Shown piece after piece: positions 55,155 through 64,000 of a stretch of 64,000 bases of DNA. The translations under genes were made by a program, and so were the position numbers. The notes under the pieces are model-generated. The model was not told where the DNA came from, made no database searches, and was given only the letters and a program-made list of their open reading frames with translations. The number at the start of each line of letters is the position of its first letter. Within the stretch, counting starts at the first letter, position 1. The DNA is from an uncultured Gammaproteobacteria bacterium (GTDB lineage Bacteria; Patescibacteriota; Microgenomatia; UBA10105; UBA927), in assembly GCA_964621305.1 (NCBI GenBank), contig CAZUOM010000001.1, forward strand, positions 74,390 to 138,389, given 5' to 3'.

Positions 55155-55771
55155 CAGCGCTATTTATATCACTTGCCGTTTTCCTCCTGTGGTTTCTCTC
55201 TGTTGCTCTCCCAGTTCTAGCAGTCGAGGCAAGGTTTCAGTATAAAGCAACCCTGCGCTCTACCTTTGGAGCCACCCGCCTTCGGGACGTCATATGGCCG
55301 CAACTGCGGATCAAACTCCCGGAACTGGGACAAAACACCCAAAACGGCATTATAATCCCTGCCATATTCGTGGATGAACCCGTTGTTTACAACGTAAACC
55401 CAAATGATGAAAAAGACTATAAAGCGGCATTGAGGCGCGGTGTTGCCCATGCCGCCGGAACAGGGATACCCGGAAGTGGGAATATTGGCTACTACTTTGC
55501 ACACTCAACCACACCCTCGTTTGTCACCCAGTACAATGCAGTTTTTTATCTCCTGGGAAAGCTTAAACCGGGTGATGAGGTTGACATCTGGTACAAGGGA
55601 ACAAAGACACGATATGCTGTCACCTTTTCAAAAATCACCGAAGGGTCCGACGTGTCATTCCTCTCTGCCAGTTCTCCAGAAGAAACTATTGTCCTCCAAA
55701 CCTGTTGGCCGCCGGGAACGGCGCTAAAGCGTATGCTTGTATTTGCAAAGAAAAAAAATCACATACGATAG
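55121..55771 (+). CDS. Sortase
   Basis: GVAH..G..PG..N..FAHS, LQTCWPPGT..KR. Confidence 0.92.
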   Translation: MPKFTSPAIVIAALFISLAVFLLWFLSVALPVLAVEARFQYKATLRSTFGATRLRDVIWPQLRIKLPELGQNTQNGIIIPAIFVDEPVVYNVNPNDEKDYKAALRRGVAHAAGTGIPGSGNIGYYFAHSTTPSFVTQYNAVFYLLGKLKPGDEVDIWYKGTKTRYAVTFSKITEGSDVSFLSASSPEETIVLQTCWPPGTALKRMLVFAKKKNHIR

Positions 55772-55777
55772 CAGTTG

Positions 55778-55849
55778 TGGGTGATCCAGGGATCGAACCT
55801 GGGACCTCGTTCTTATCAGGAACGCGCTCTACCACTGAGCCAATCACCC
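55778..55849 (-). tRNA. tRNA-Ile (GAT), CCA not encoded
   Basis: GGGTGATTGGCTCAGTGGTAGAGC..CT-GAT-AA..GGTTCGATCC..ATCACCC-A. Confidence 0.95.
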
Positions 55850-56015
55850 GGTTTGAGTCTATTTATAAAATTGCTCGAAGATATTTTACCAAAAATTACT
55901 GACAAATGTTAGCGTCGGCTCCATTACGCCGCTAGTTTTTGAAACCTCACTTCTACGAACAAGGTGGGCAGGGAAAAAACTGGTGAAGGCAATGACAGTT
56001 TTATAAAAAAGGAAT

Positions 56016-56975
56016 CTAACTTACGCCATGATAGGCGCGTAACGCCTCGAGGGAACCTAGACCTTCAAGAGCAGGAGCGGAAAAGTTTGCGAGGCTACCT
56101 GGCAGTCTATTAATGGCGCCATGCCTACTAAATGTGATTATGCCTATACTATCAGTAATTAAAGGTATTTTATGAGCATTTGCATCGGCGATAGCATTGG
56201 AAAATCTTTTCATCAGTTCGGCCTTTCGAATCGATTTCTTTGTCATAGCAACTAATACGGCCTCAATAAACGGCTGTGTGGTTCCCCAACCAGATTTTCC
56301 TACTCGCATCCTAAAATGACTTCGATTATCCCGTGGAGACAAATGGGCTACGGGTCCGTCCTCTCTGATATGAGAGAGCCACCAAATGCTTTGATCGACA
56401 AACTGATCCTCTTTTTTAAAAGAGGCCAAAATATCAGTCAAATATGATGGATTTGTCAGAATCCCACTTCCGAGCAGTGAACCTATTCCGTACTTTAACC
56501 GCCCTTGTATAAGATTATTTGTCCACCAGCTAAATACTTCTCTTTTCCCAACATCACTATCAAATGAGGCGATAAACTGCATCATTTCTTTACTATTATA
56601 TGTTGATAGTTTTTCTCTTATCGAATTAAGCACATCTTTTTTTACTGCGTCGTCGCAGTCACATAATGCTGCAAGTAGACCATCTACGACTCCTGAGTCG
56701 ACCTTTTTATTGCTTGATCGCAGAGAGCTACTGCGAGGAGTTAAACCTTTGTTTAAACGGGATTTTATCATTTCAATCTTTTCTTTTTCATCAAGCTCGT
56801 CCGTATAAGGAATGAGTCTTGCGGCTTGTTTGCGTACCTCCGCTGTAACCAACCCACCACCTTGCGGGTCGTAATCTAAGAAGTGACCGATCTGCCCATT
56901 GGGTAAGGATAATTTTCTGTCTGCCGCAGCCTGCAAAACCGAAGCGATTATTCCATCATGAAATATTTGAACCAA
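56016..56975 (-). CDS. Hypothetical protein (AT-rich); frame stays open up to the IS end, so possibly 5'-truncated
   Basis: 319-aa ORF between the two tRNAs; no motif recognised. Confidence 0.6.
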   Translation of the reverse strand: MVQIFHDGIIASVLQAAADRKLSLPNGQIGHFLDYDPQGGGLVTAEVRKQAARLIPYTDELDEKEKIEMIKSRLNKGLTPRSSSLRSSNKKVDSGVVDGLLAALCDCDDAVKKDVLNSIREKLSTYNSKEMMQFIASFDSDVGKREVFSWWTNNLIQGRLKYGIGSLLGSGILTNPSYLTDILASFKKEDQFVDQSIWWLSHIREDGPVAHLSPRDNRSHFRMRVGKSGWGTTQPFIEAVLVAMTKKSIRKAELMKRFSNAIADANAHKIPLITDSIGIITFSRHGAINRLPGSLANFSAPALEGLGSLEALRAYHGVS

Positions 56976-57051
56976 AGCTCCAAGTCTTTCTCTATCGTAA
57001 CTTCCTCTATCTGGAAAAGTCTTATTTCTTAAGCCTATGTATTGCTCATCT

Positions 57052-57340
57052 TGTCAAGTACCCGTTTTTTTAGACGGTCATCTTCTTTCTTTTTTCTACA
57101 GGCGTCATTTTGAGAATTGAGTGAATACGTTTATGGTTGTAATAATATACCTGCTGATAAATGTATTCAATCAGTTCCCCAAACGAACGAAATCTGTTTA
57201 AATCACCGGCTTCCAGTTTGAAATGTCCAAAGAATGATTCCTGATATCCATTCTGCCATGGTCAACCTTTTTCGCTCATGGATATTTCAGCTCCGATAAT
57301 TTTCACAAAGGCAATGAAGTCCTCACTGTCATATTCCGAT
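57052..57340 (-). mobile_element. IS3-family remnant (integrase-core C-terminus plus right terminal inverted repeat)
   Basis: SEY.S.DF...ISMSEKG*PWQNGYQESFFGHFKLE...YYNHKRIHSILKMTP; ends ..GTCTAAAAAAACGGGTACTTGACA. Confidence 0.82.
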
Positions 57341-57343
57341 GGG

Positions 57344-57415
57344 AGGCCCGGACCGGACTTGAACCGGTGTATGGCTGTTTTGCAGACAGCCGCGTTACCT
57401 CTTCGCCACCGGGCC
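57344..57415 (-). tRNA. tRNA-Cys (GCA)
   Basis: GGCCCGG..CT-GCA-AA..GGTTCAAGTCC..CCGGGCC-T (U73 discriminator). Confidence 0.95.
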
Positions 57416-57513
57416 GCTATCACCTCCTTATTTTAACACGATTTCTCTCTCTCACAAAAACTATAATACTACGCCTACTACGGCAATCTTAGCCATGAGA
57501 CAATTATAGTATT

Positions 57514-57537
57514 TTGACAACCGAATGGTGATAGGAA
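57514..57537 (-). other. 3' arm of the 16S processing stem
   Basis: 23/24 complementary to 60121-60144. Confidence 0.85.
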
Positions 57538-57768
57538 GTTAAAAGAGAGAAAACTACTAAAGACCCTACGAGTACACCTCGTAGTTCTCGATCAAAATAG
57601 TTTTTTATTTAGAAAGGAGGTGATCCATCCCCAGCTTCGGCTAGGGATACCTTGTTACGACTTAGTCCCCATCGCTGAATTTAGCTTCCCCCCTCTTTTT
57701 AAGTTTTACCATGTGGTAGAACCCAAAAAGAGGGGGTTCGGCTACTTCCAACTTTGGTGGCTTGACGG

Positions 57769-58620
57769 ATTGGGATATAGTAAGGTTTATTCCCGTTCCC
57801 ACCGGACGTGCGGATTTTCCGCATCCGGCGAGTCAGATTGATTCAATGCATTCATGGTCCTTTTAAAAACTCTCAGGAGTTTCAATTCTTTCTGATTAAG
57901 TTTGCGCGTATCTTGCCGACTTCTGACAAGATCGGCAACAGCGGCAAACTTTTGAAAAGAAAATCGTTTAACTCCACGGAGTTGATGTTTTCGAAAAAAA
58001 GGAACAATGACTTGTTGGATATCATCCTGCTTGGTTACTTCAAAAACATACGATGGCCTGCGAAATCGTCTATATGCTTTTCCCCATTCTTGCTTTTTTA
58101 GGTGAACATAGCCGACCCCGAAAAAGCCTTTAATTTGCTCCAAGACTTCTTTATTGTCGTATTGTTGTGTTATAAAATATCGCAAAACGATTCGATGATC
58201 TTGCCGAATTTATACGTAGAAGCAACCTTCACCATCTGTAAATCCAACGATATACGCTGCATTGATCTTTCCGTTATTTTCCTTCCGCATGATTTCACTG
58301 TATTTCGTATCGAAATACCTGTCAAACACACGTACTATGAAAACAGCTGACTTCCTTTTGGGCAATTGCCTCATCCCAAAAGGATCTCCTTGGGTTACGT
58401 AACAATCTATTCCTGACATCCTGACAGAGAATTATTTTGTTGACTTCCTCCAAACCGCCCGGCTGGAGTCGTCTAACGTCTCATATGTTGTCAGGCTGTC
58501 ATTTGCCTCAGACCCTTCATCCTTCGGGTTACCCCTTGGGACTGTCAAATTTTTTTGGCTATAAAGTAGGATTTGAACCTACTAGATTGTTCCGCTGCCA
58601 AGCGCTTTAATTAAATTACG
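57769..58620 (-). mobile_element. Group II-like intron in 16S rRNA, inserted after the E. coli-equivalent C1402
   Basis: Removing it restores CACACCGC-CCGTCA; domain V CGCCGGATGCGGAAAATCCGCACGTCCGGT at 57799-57831; ends in ..CCCAAT. Confidence 0.85.
57787..58290 (-). pseudogene. Single-motif LAGLIDADG homing endonuclease with an in-frame TAA
   Basis: YIVGFTDGEGCFYV*IRQ...FITQ...IKGFFGVGYV...IVPFF.KH.L...K; TAA at 58210-58212. Confidence 0.85.
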
Positions 58621-59128
58621 GCGGTGTGTACAAGACCCGAGAACGTATTCACCGCGGCCTGCTGATCCGCGATTACTACCAATTCCGACTTCATGGGGTC
58701 GAGTTGCAGACCCCAATCTGAACTGAGGCGAAATTTCAGAGATTTGCTTGCCGTTGCCGGCTTGCGTCCCGTTGTTGTTCGCCATTGTAGGGTGTGTGTG
58801 GCCCAGGGTATAAGCGCCGTGCTGACATGTCGTCGTCCCTTCCTTCCTCCCCCTCTTTTTAACCTTCAGATAGACCCAAAATCTTCCTGTAGATCAAAAA
58901 GAGGGGGCGGTCCCTGATGACACTTGTAACATCAGGTAGGGGTTGCGCTCGTTTCGCCACTTAAGGGAACACCTCACGGCACGAGCTGACGGCTGCCATG
59001 CAGCAGCTGTCCCCCCTTTTCTATCTTGCGATAGACCCTTTCCCTGTTTCCAGAGCAGGAAAAGGGGGGATTTCAAACCCTGGTGAGGTCCTTCGCTTTG
59101 TCTCGAATTGAACCACACGCTCCACTGG

Positions 59129-59160
<32 letters not shown>

Positions 59161-59936
59161 TAATCTTGCGATCGTACTCCCCAGGCGGGGCGCTTAACGC
59201 GTTAGCTTACGTCACCCCGATTACTCGGGGTAACTAGCGCCCATGCGTTTAGGGCACGGACTACGCAGGTCTCTAATCTGCTTCGCTCCCCGTGCTTTCG
59301 TGTCTCAGCGTCAGGAGAAGCCCAAGAAGGTGCCTACGCCTTTGGTGTTCCTTGCGATATCAACGCATTTCACTGCTTCACCGCAAGTTCCCCTTCCCTC
59401 TGCTTCCCTCAAGCTCACCCATCTCGTACACGATGCCGAGGTTGGGCCTCGACATTTCACGTACGATGCGATAAGCCGCCTACACGACTCTTTACGCCCA
59501 GTAAATCCGGATAACGCTTGCACCCCACGTATTACCGCGACTGCTGGCACGTGGTTTGTAGGTGCTTATTCTTCTCGCCTCGATTGCGGGATAAAAGAGG
59601 TTTACAACCCGAAGGCCTTCTTCCCTCACGCGGTGTCGCTCGGTCAGGCTTTCGCCCATTGCCGAATATTCCCGGTTGCTGCCGTCCGTAGACGTATGGC
59701 CCGTGTCTCAGTGCCATTGTGGGGGGTCGTGCTCTCACACCCCCTACCCGTTGTTGCCTTGGTAGGCTTTTACCCTACCAACTAGCTGATGGGCGCAAGG
59801 CCGCTCCAAAACCGGGAGGTTAATCCCTTTATACTTCGATTGCTCTCAGTACACATGCCGAATTACCCCGTCTTTCGACGAGCTATACGATAGTTTTGGG
59901 TACGTTCCTTGCTTATCCTCACCCGTCCGCCTCTAC

Positions 59937-60044
59937 GTGCTCCGCACGCAGAAGTTTAGCAGCTTAGAAGTTTAGAAGCTTGGTATTTTTTTTACTAAGC
60001 TTCTGGTCTCGCTAAGCTTCACTAAGCTTCTCTGTGCGAAGCAC
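59937..60044. repeat. V1 expansion hairpin of 16S built from AGAAGYTT octamers
   Basis: agaagttt agcagctt agaagttt agaagctt facing three aagcttcw copies. Confidence 0.8.
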
Positions 60045-60072
60045 ATCGATCGACTTGCATGCCTAAGGCACA

Positions 60073-60108
<36 letters not shown>

Positions 60109-60120
60109 AAAAAAATTTTT

Positions 60121-60144
60121 TTCCTATCACCATTCGATTGTCAA
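60121..60144 (-). other. 5' arm of the 16S processing stem
   Basis: Complementary to 57514-57537. Confidence 0.85.
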
Positions 60145-60237
60145 GGAGCTGAAATGAGCATCAAATAACCCGCCATTGGCGGGCTTTACTAACCCCTATT
60201 CCTAATGGCTTGGCCTCAATCACTCATTGCAACTAGT

Positions 60238-60266
60238 ATTATAGAGGGGCAAAAATCGGTCGTCAA
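60238..60266 (-). promoter_or_regulatory. rRNA sigma70 promoter
   Basis: TTGACG-17-TATAAT, about 125 nt upstream of 16S. Confidence 0.8.
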
Positions 60267-60272
60267 GGGGTA

Positions 60273-60632
60273 TTATCCCAAAATCATCGGCAGAGGCAAA
60301 AGGTCGCGCTTGAAGGGGTCGAGGACAAAACCCAGTGATTCAAGAGTAGTAGCGCCAAGCAGCGTACTATCGTCCTTTTCACCGAAAATAACCGATGCTC
60401 CCCCTGTTCTACCCTTGTAGAAAAATCTTGCCACCCCCAATCTTCTCTTCATCGTCTGGCCGTTGGCGAGAATAAATTCACGCTCTTCTTCTGGCTTTAT
60501 ACCAATCTCTTTTAATGTTTTTTGGGGAACGACAGAGTATGCCGCACCTGAGTCAATGAGAAACTTTAGGTTTGCGGCTCTTTTGGGATTTGCCGGATGG
60601 CTAATAGTAATAGGAAGCATCGTCATTACCAT
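60273..60632 (-). CDS. Clan AA aspartyl protease (second paralog)
   Basis: FLIDSGA, LANG, LLGATTLESLG..LDP. Confidence 0.88.
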   Translation of the reverse strand: MVMTMLPITISHPANPKRAANLKFLIDSGAAYSVVPQKTLKEIGIKPEEEREFILANGQTMKRRLGVARFFYKGRTGGASVIFGEKDDSTLLGATTLESLGFVLDPFKRDLLPLPMILG

Positions 60633-60721
60633 ACCGCCGTATTATAGCAGAGAAAAAAATGGGTGTTCATACATCATCGATCTAATTTTAACCGCCGCTG
60701 TCCTTCGGTCAATACCCATCA

Positions 60722-61255
60722 TCAAGTCTTTTGCCTCATAACTTCATACAAAACGATCCCCAGAGCAACCATCACATTCAAGCTCTTGTTTACACCCCAC
60801 ATCGGGAGCTGGGCTATGGCATCGGCCATATCGAGAACGTCTTTGGAAACTCCTGTCGTTTCGTTTCCCACGACGATTGCGATAGGAAATTTGTACTGCA
60901 CTTCATAAAACGGCTTACTTCTTTTGTCTTGTTCTACAGCGATTATTTTGACATTTGACGTTTGACGTTTGACGTTGACAATGGCTTCCGACGCAGTCGC
61001 AACATATTGCCAATCCACCCAAGCCCACGTATTGATGGATGCTTTTTTTATACGGCTGTTGGGTGGGATCTCTGTTTGGCCGCAGAGGTACACCTTTTCC
61101 GCCGCCACCGCATCGGCGAGCCGAAAAATCGATCCGACGTTATAGGTGTCTAAGACATTATCAACAATAATCGTGATGAGATTTTTTTTGATGGCTTTGG
61201 CTGATTGTGGATCCGGCACGTTTGTTCGCAACTGTTTAGCATTGAGTTTGATCAT
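60722..61255 (-). CDS. TrmH/SpoU family RNA methyltransferase
   Basis: NVGSIFR.AD, VGNETTGVS, LPMWGVNKSLNV. Confidence 0.92.
   Translation of the reverse strand: MIKLNAKQLRTNVPDPQSAKAIKKNLITIIVDNVLDTYNVGSIFRLADAVAAEKVYLCGQTEIPPNSRIKKASINTWAWVDWQYVATASEAIVNVKRQTSNVKIIAVEQDKRSKPFYEVQYKFPIAIVVGNETTGVSKDVLDMADAIAQLPMWGVNKSLNVMVALGIVLYEVMRQKT
60947..60980. repeat. Heptamer array TTTGACR in the SpoU gene (VNVKRQTSNVK)
   Basis: tttgaca tttgacg tttgacg tttgacg ttgaca. Confidence 0.85.
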
Positions 61256-61788
61256 GGTGACTTTTTTCGACTAAACACTCTTTGATTGATTATCAACCCC
61301 AACGCCCAACCTAAAAATCCGCCAGCAATGACATCGAGTGGAAAATGGACACCCAAATAGACACGAGAGAAAGAGATGAGTGTGGCGAGTGCATAAAAAA
61401 ACCAACGCAGTTTGGGCTCTTTTTGCGAAAGCGGGACCACCATAGCCCAGGCAATCGCTGCGTGACCGGACGGAAACGAAAAACTAGCCGGCCGGCCACC
61501 GACGATAATGGCCTCCATCCAGAGACTTGGCCGGGAGCGGGCAATCATAGGTTTGATAAGTTCCTCAACCAAGCCCCATATCGCAAGGGCAAGAACCCCA
61601 AGTCTAAACGCAAACCTCAGGTCCTTGCGTTCTTCTCGAAAAAATAACCACAACCCCAACAAAAACCAAATGATCCCCGCCGTCCCTACTCCGGAAACAA
61701 TCATCGCCAACCCATTTAAAAAGGCGTTGTGCGGCAGGTGGTTAATGAGGAGAAAGAGTTGTTGATCGAAAAGAAGGAAAAACTTCAT
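61252..61788 (-). CDS. PAP2 family phosphatase
   Basis: K...RSRP, SFPSGH, SRVYLGVHFPLDV. Confidence 0.94.
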   Translation of the reverse strand: MKFFLLFDQQLFLLINHLPHNAFLNGLAMIVSGVGTAGIIWFLLGLWLFFREERKDLRFAFRLGVLALAIWGLVEELIKPMIARSRPSLWMEAIIVGGRPASFSFPSGHAAIAWAMVVPLSQKEPKLRWFFYALATLISFSRVYLGVHFPLDVIAGGFLGWALGLIINQRVFSRKKSP

Positions 61789-61801
61789 GGAGTCGTTTTA
61801 C

Positions 61802-61834
61802 AAGGGGTCCCCTTGCATAGCAAGGGGACCCCTT
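61802..61834. repeat. Palindromic REP-doublet-like element, copy D (intergenic)
   Basis: AAGG GGTCC CCTTGC-ATA-GCAAGG GGACC CCTT. Confidence 0.9.
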
Positions 61835-61841
61835 AAAAAAA

Positions 61842-62129
61842 TTACGGTGTCGGCGTTGCGCTGCCGGTGGCTGTCGGAGTCAGTGCTGGCTTGGGAGTAG
61901 CAGTTGGTTTAGGCGTTACTTTCTTAGTAGGAGTTGGGGTAGCAGTTTCGACTGGGATAGGAGCGATGGTGGGAGTAGGGGTCACGAAAATAATTTTGAT
62001 CGCGCCCTCCTCCGGCACGGGAGAGACGATTTTCTTGCCCGAGACGAGGGCTCCGACGACAATAACACCAAGAACGATCACCCCAACAATGATCGTAATG
62101 GCAGCGAGTGTTTTCTGGCGGTCCTCCAT
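61842..62129 (-). CDS. Small membrane protein with Thr/Pro-rich tail
   Basis: Single TM, SPVPE motif, TPTP repeats. Confidence 0.75.
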   Translation of the reverse strand: MEDRQKTLAAITIIVGVIVLGVIVVGALVSGKKIVSPVPEEGAIKIIFVTPTPTIAPIPVETATPTPTKKVTPKPTATPKPALTPTATGSATPTP

Positions 62130-62200
62130 ACTCTAAGAATAGCACAAAAGTTCATAAAAAAGTAACGCTTTACAACTTTATAACTTTATAAACTTTCTAC

Positions 62201-64000
62201 TCATTTTATGTCTTCTTTCTTCCATGCTGCAAAATTGCACTTGGGCCAGTTGCGGCAGCCGTAGAAAGTTTTGCCGCGCTTACTTTTTTTGATGACGATG
62301 TCGCCCCCATCACGCGGGCACTTCATATCGATTTTCTCGACAATCGCCCGAGTGTATTTACACTTTGGGAATGTTGAGCAGGCAATAAATTTCCCGTAGC
62401 GGCCGGTGCGAATAACCAGTTTGCCCACATTACATTTCGGACAGGTTTCATCCAACTCCTCAACCGGAACCTGAACTTTCGTCGCCGTCTCATATGTTTT
62501 TTCCAAATCAGCTGCAAACGGCTGCCAAAATGCGGATATCACCGGTTGCCATTGTTTGTTCCCATTTGCGATGGCATCCAGATCATCTTCTAGAGCCGCG
62601 GTAAACGGCAAATCTATGATATTGGGAAAATGGCTCACCAGAAAATCCGTGACAGCGAAACCCAGATCCGTCGGCACTAGCTTTTTATCCTCTCGCGCCA
62701 CATATTGCCGCTCCTGGATAGTAGCAATGGTCGGGGCATAGGTCGACGGCCTGCCAATACCTTTTTCCTCGAGTGTTTTGACTAGAGTTGCCTCTGTGTA
62801 TCTCGGCGGCGGAGAAGTGAAGTGTTGAGACGGGATAGCCTCGACTAAGCTTATCTGCTGCCCAACGGCGACGGTGGGAACCACAACTTCTTCTGCGTCG
62901 CGTCCGGTAATTTTAAGAAAACCTTCAAACTTGATCACTGATCCTTGCGCTACAAACTCGTAGCCATTGGAGCTGTTTATGGTTATCGTTGTTGAGTCAA
63001 ATACCGCCTCCGCAGCTTGTGTAGCGACTGCCCGCTTCCAAATAAGGTCATAGAGTCTTTGATGATCTTTATTGAGTTCACTATTTGATATTTGATCTTT
63101 GATATTTGATATTTCGACCTTCGTAGGTCGAATGGCCTCATGCGCTTCCTGGGCGACTTTTGATTTTGTTTTGTATCTTCTCGGCAAGGGTGCAACATAC
63201 TCCCGTCCGTATTCACTAGTGATGTAATCGCGAGCGCTCCCGATAAATTTCTCAGCCAAGTTGAAGCTGTCGGTACGGTGGTAAGTAATACAGCCTTCCT
63301 CGTAGAGTTTTTGGGCAAGCTGCATGATGCGCCTAGCTGAAAATCCCAAGCGCCGGCCGGCATCCTGCTGAAGGCTGCTCGTCGTGTACGGCGGCGGCGG
63401 GTAGCGCTTGACTTCTTTTTTATCAACCGCAGAAACCATGTACGGCGCTTTCAAATCTTGTATTATGTTGTTAGCTATTTGTTGGCTTTTAATGGTTGAC
63501 GAAGTCGTCGTGTATTTCCCGTCAAAAAGGTCGAGTGTAATCGTTTTTTCGTATTTAACTCCATCTTTGACAACCAACTCGGCACGCAAATCTTGCTCAA
63601 ACAGCCCTTCAATCGTCCAAAATTCTTCTTTGACGAACTTTCCTATTTCTCGTTCGCGCTCGACGATTAGCCGAACTGCTACCGACTGCACGCGGCCTGC
63701 GGACAACCAACGTCGAGATAGCTTCTGCCACAGAAGCGGAGAGAGTTTGTAACCGACGAGCCGGTCCAAAACACGCCGGGCCTGCTGGGCGTTGACCAGT
63801 TGAATGTCTATCGAACGAGGGTTCCCAAGCGCCTCTTTGATTGCAGACTCAGTAATTTCGTGAAACACTATTCTCGTGAATTTCGAATTTGGAATTTTAG
63901 ATTTTGGATTTGTTTGGGATTTGGGATTTGGGATTTGGGATTTGCTTTTCAGAAGCTCTGCGACATGAAAAGCTATCGCTTCCCCCTCCCGGTCCGGGTC
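62201..64000 (-). CDS. topA: DNA topoisomerase I (5' end outside the window)
   Basis: DPDREGE, FHEIT, SAGRVQS, ITYHRTDS, AHEAIRP, GIGRPSTY, two zinc ribbons. Confidence 0.98.
   Translation of the reverse strand, partial: DPDREGEAIAFHVAELLKSKSQIPNPKSQTNPKSKIPNSKFTRIVFHEITESAIKEALGNPRSIDIQLVNAQQARRVLDRLVGYKLSPLLWQKLSRRWLSAGRVQSVAVRLIVEREREIGKFVKEEFWTIEGLFEQDLRAELVVKDGVKYEKTITLDLFDGKYTTTSSTIKSQQIANNIIQDLKAPYMVSAVDKKEVKRYPPPPYTTSSLQQDAGRRLGFSARRIMQLAQKLYEEGCITYHRTDSFNLAEKFIGSARDYITSEYGREYVAPLPRRYKTKSKVAQEAHEAIRPTKVEISNIKDQISNSELNKDHQRLYDLIWKRAVATQAAEAVFDSTTITINSSNGYEFVAQGSVIKFEGFLKITGRDAEEVVVPTVAVGQQISLVEAIPSQHFTSPPPRYTEATLVKTLEEKGIGRPSTYAPTIATIQERQYVAREDKKLVPTDLGFAVTDFLVSHFPNIIDLPFTAALEDDLDAIANGNKQWQPVISAFWQPFAADLEKTYETATKVQVPVEELDETCPKCNVGKLVIRTGRYGKFIACSTFPKCKYTRAIVEKIDMKCPRDGGDIVIKKSKRGKTFYGCRNWPKCNFAAWKKEDIK
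63083..63117. repeat. Heptamer array MTTTGAT in topA (EISNIKDQISNS)
   Basis: atttgat atttgat ctttgat atttgat atttcga. Confidence 0.85.
63878..63944. repeat. Compound heptamer array in the topA Toprim region (KSQIPNPKSQTNPKSKIPNSKF)
   Basis: gaatttc gaatttg gaatttt agatttt ggatttg, then tttggga x4. Confidence 0.9.

Noticed and set aside
57769-58620. Group I intron assignment (expected for LAGLIDADG)
   Set aside because: The insertion does not follow a U or end in G, and a clear group II domain V and AY end are present.

Overview
A 64-kb chromosomal segment that I infer comes from a Patescibacteria (CPR) bacterium, most likely Microgenomates. The inference rests on the 16S signature mismatches, the intron-bearing unlinked 16S gene and the reduced housekeeping operons; the genetic code is standard code 11. 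The backbone is housekeeping: hisS, rpmE-prfA, rpsF-ssb-rpsR, ychF, cysS, dnaX-ybaB-recR, ybeY, rpsU, proS, rpsB-tsf-frr-rseP, glyA, a dTMP/salvage cluster, glmS and topA. It also holds a 16S rRNA gene with a group II-like intron encoding a broken LAGLIDADG endonuclease, tRNA-Cys and tRNA-Ile. Accessory parts are a vasohibin-like protease / split ClpN + half-dead Hsp100 / PLP decarboxylase / acetylpolyamine-amidohydrolase block, a Cys-rich membrane protein plus LemA-like pair behind a structured leader, TA modules, a RAYT, a PaaX/Cas2-like gene, a sortase with its substrate, and several gene remnants. The most striking unannotated signal is a set of short repeat families. (i) Frame-preserving 33/36-bp palindromic doublets, AAGG-N5-CCTTGC-(3/6)-GCAAGG-N5'-CCTT, sit inside protein genes. 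(ii) 31-bp palindromic repeats flank the RAYT, with a dispersed solo copy. (iii) 34-bp palindromic direct repeats bracket the Cas2-like gene. (iv) 7-mer and 8-mer tandem arrays occur in loops of essential enzymes and in the 16S rRNA. All protein family calls are by eye from motifs; no database searches were run.
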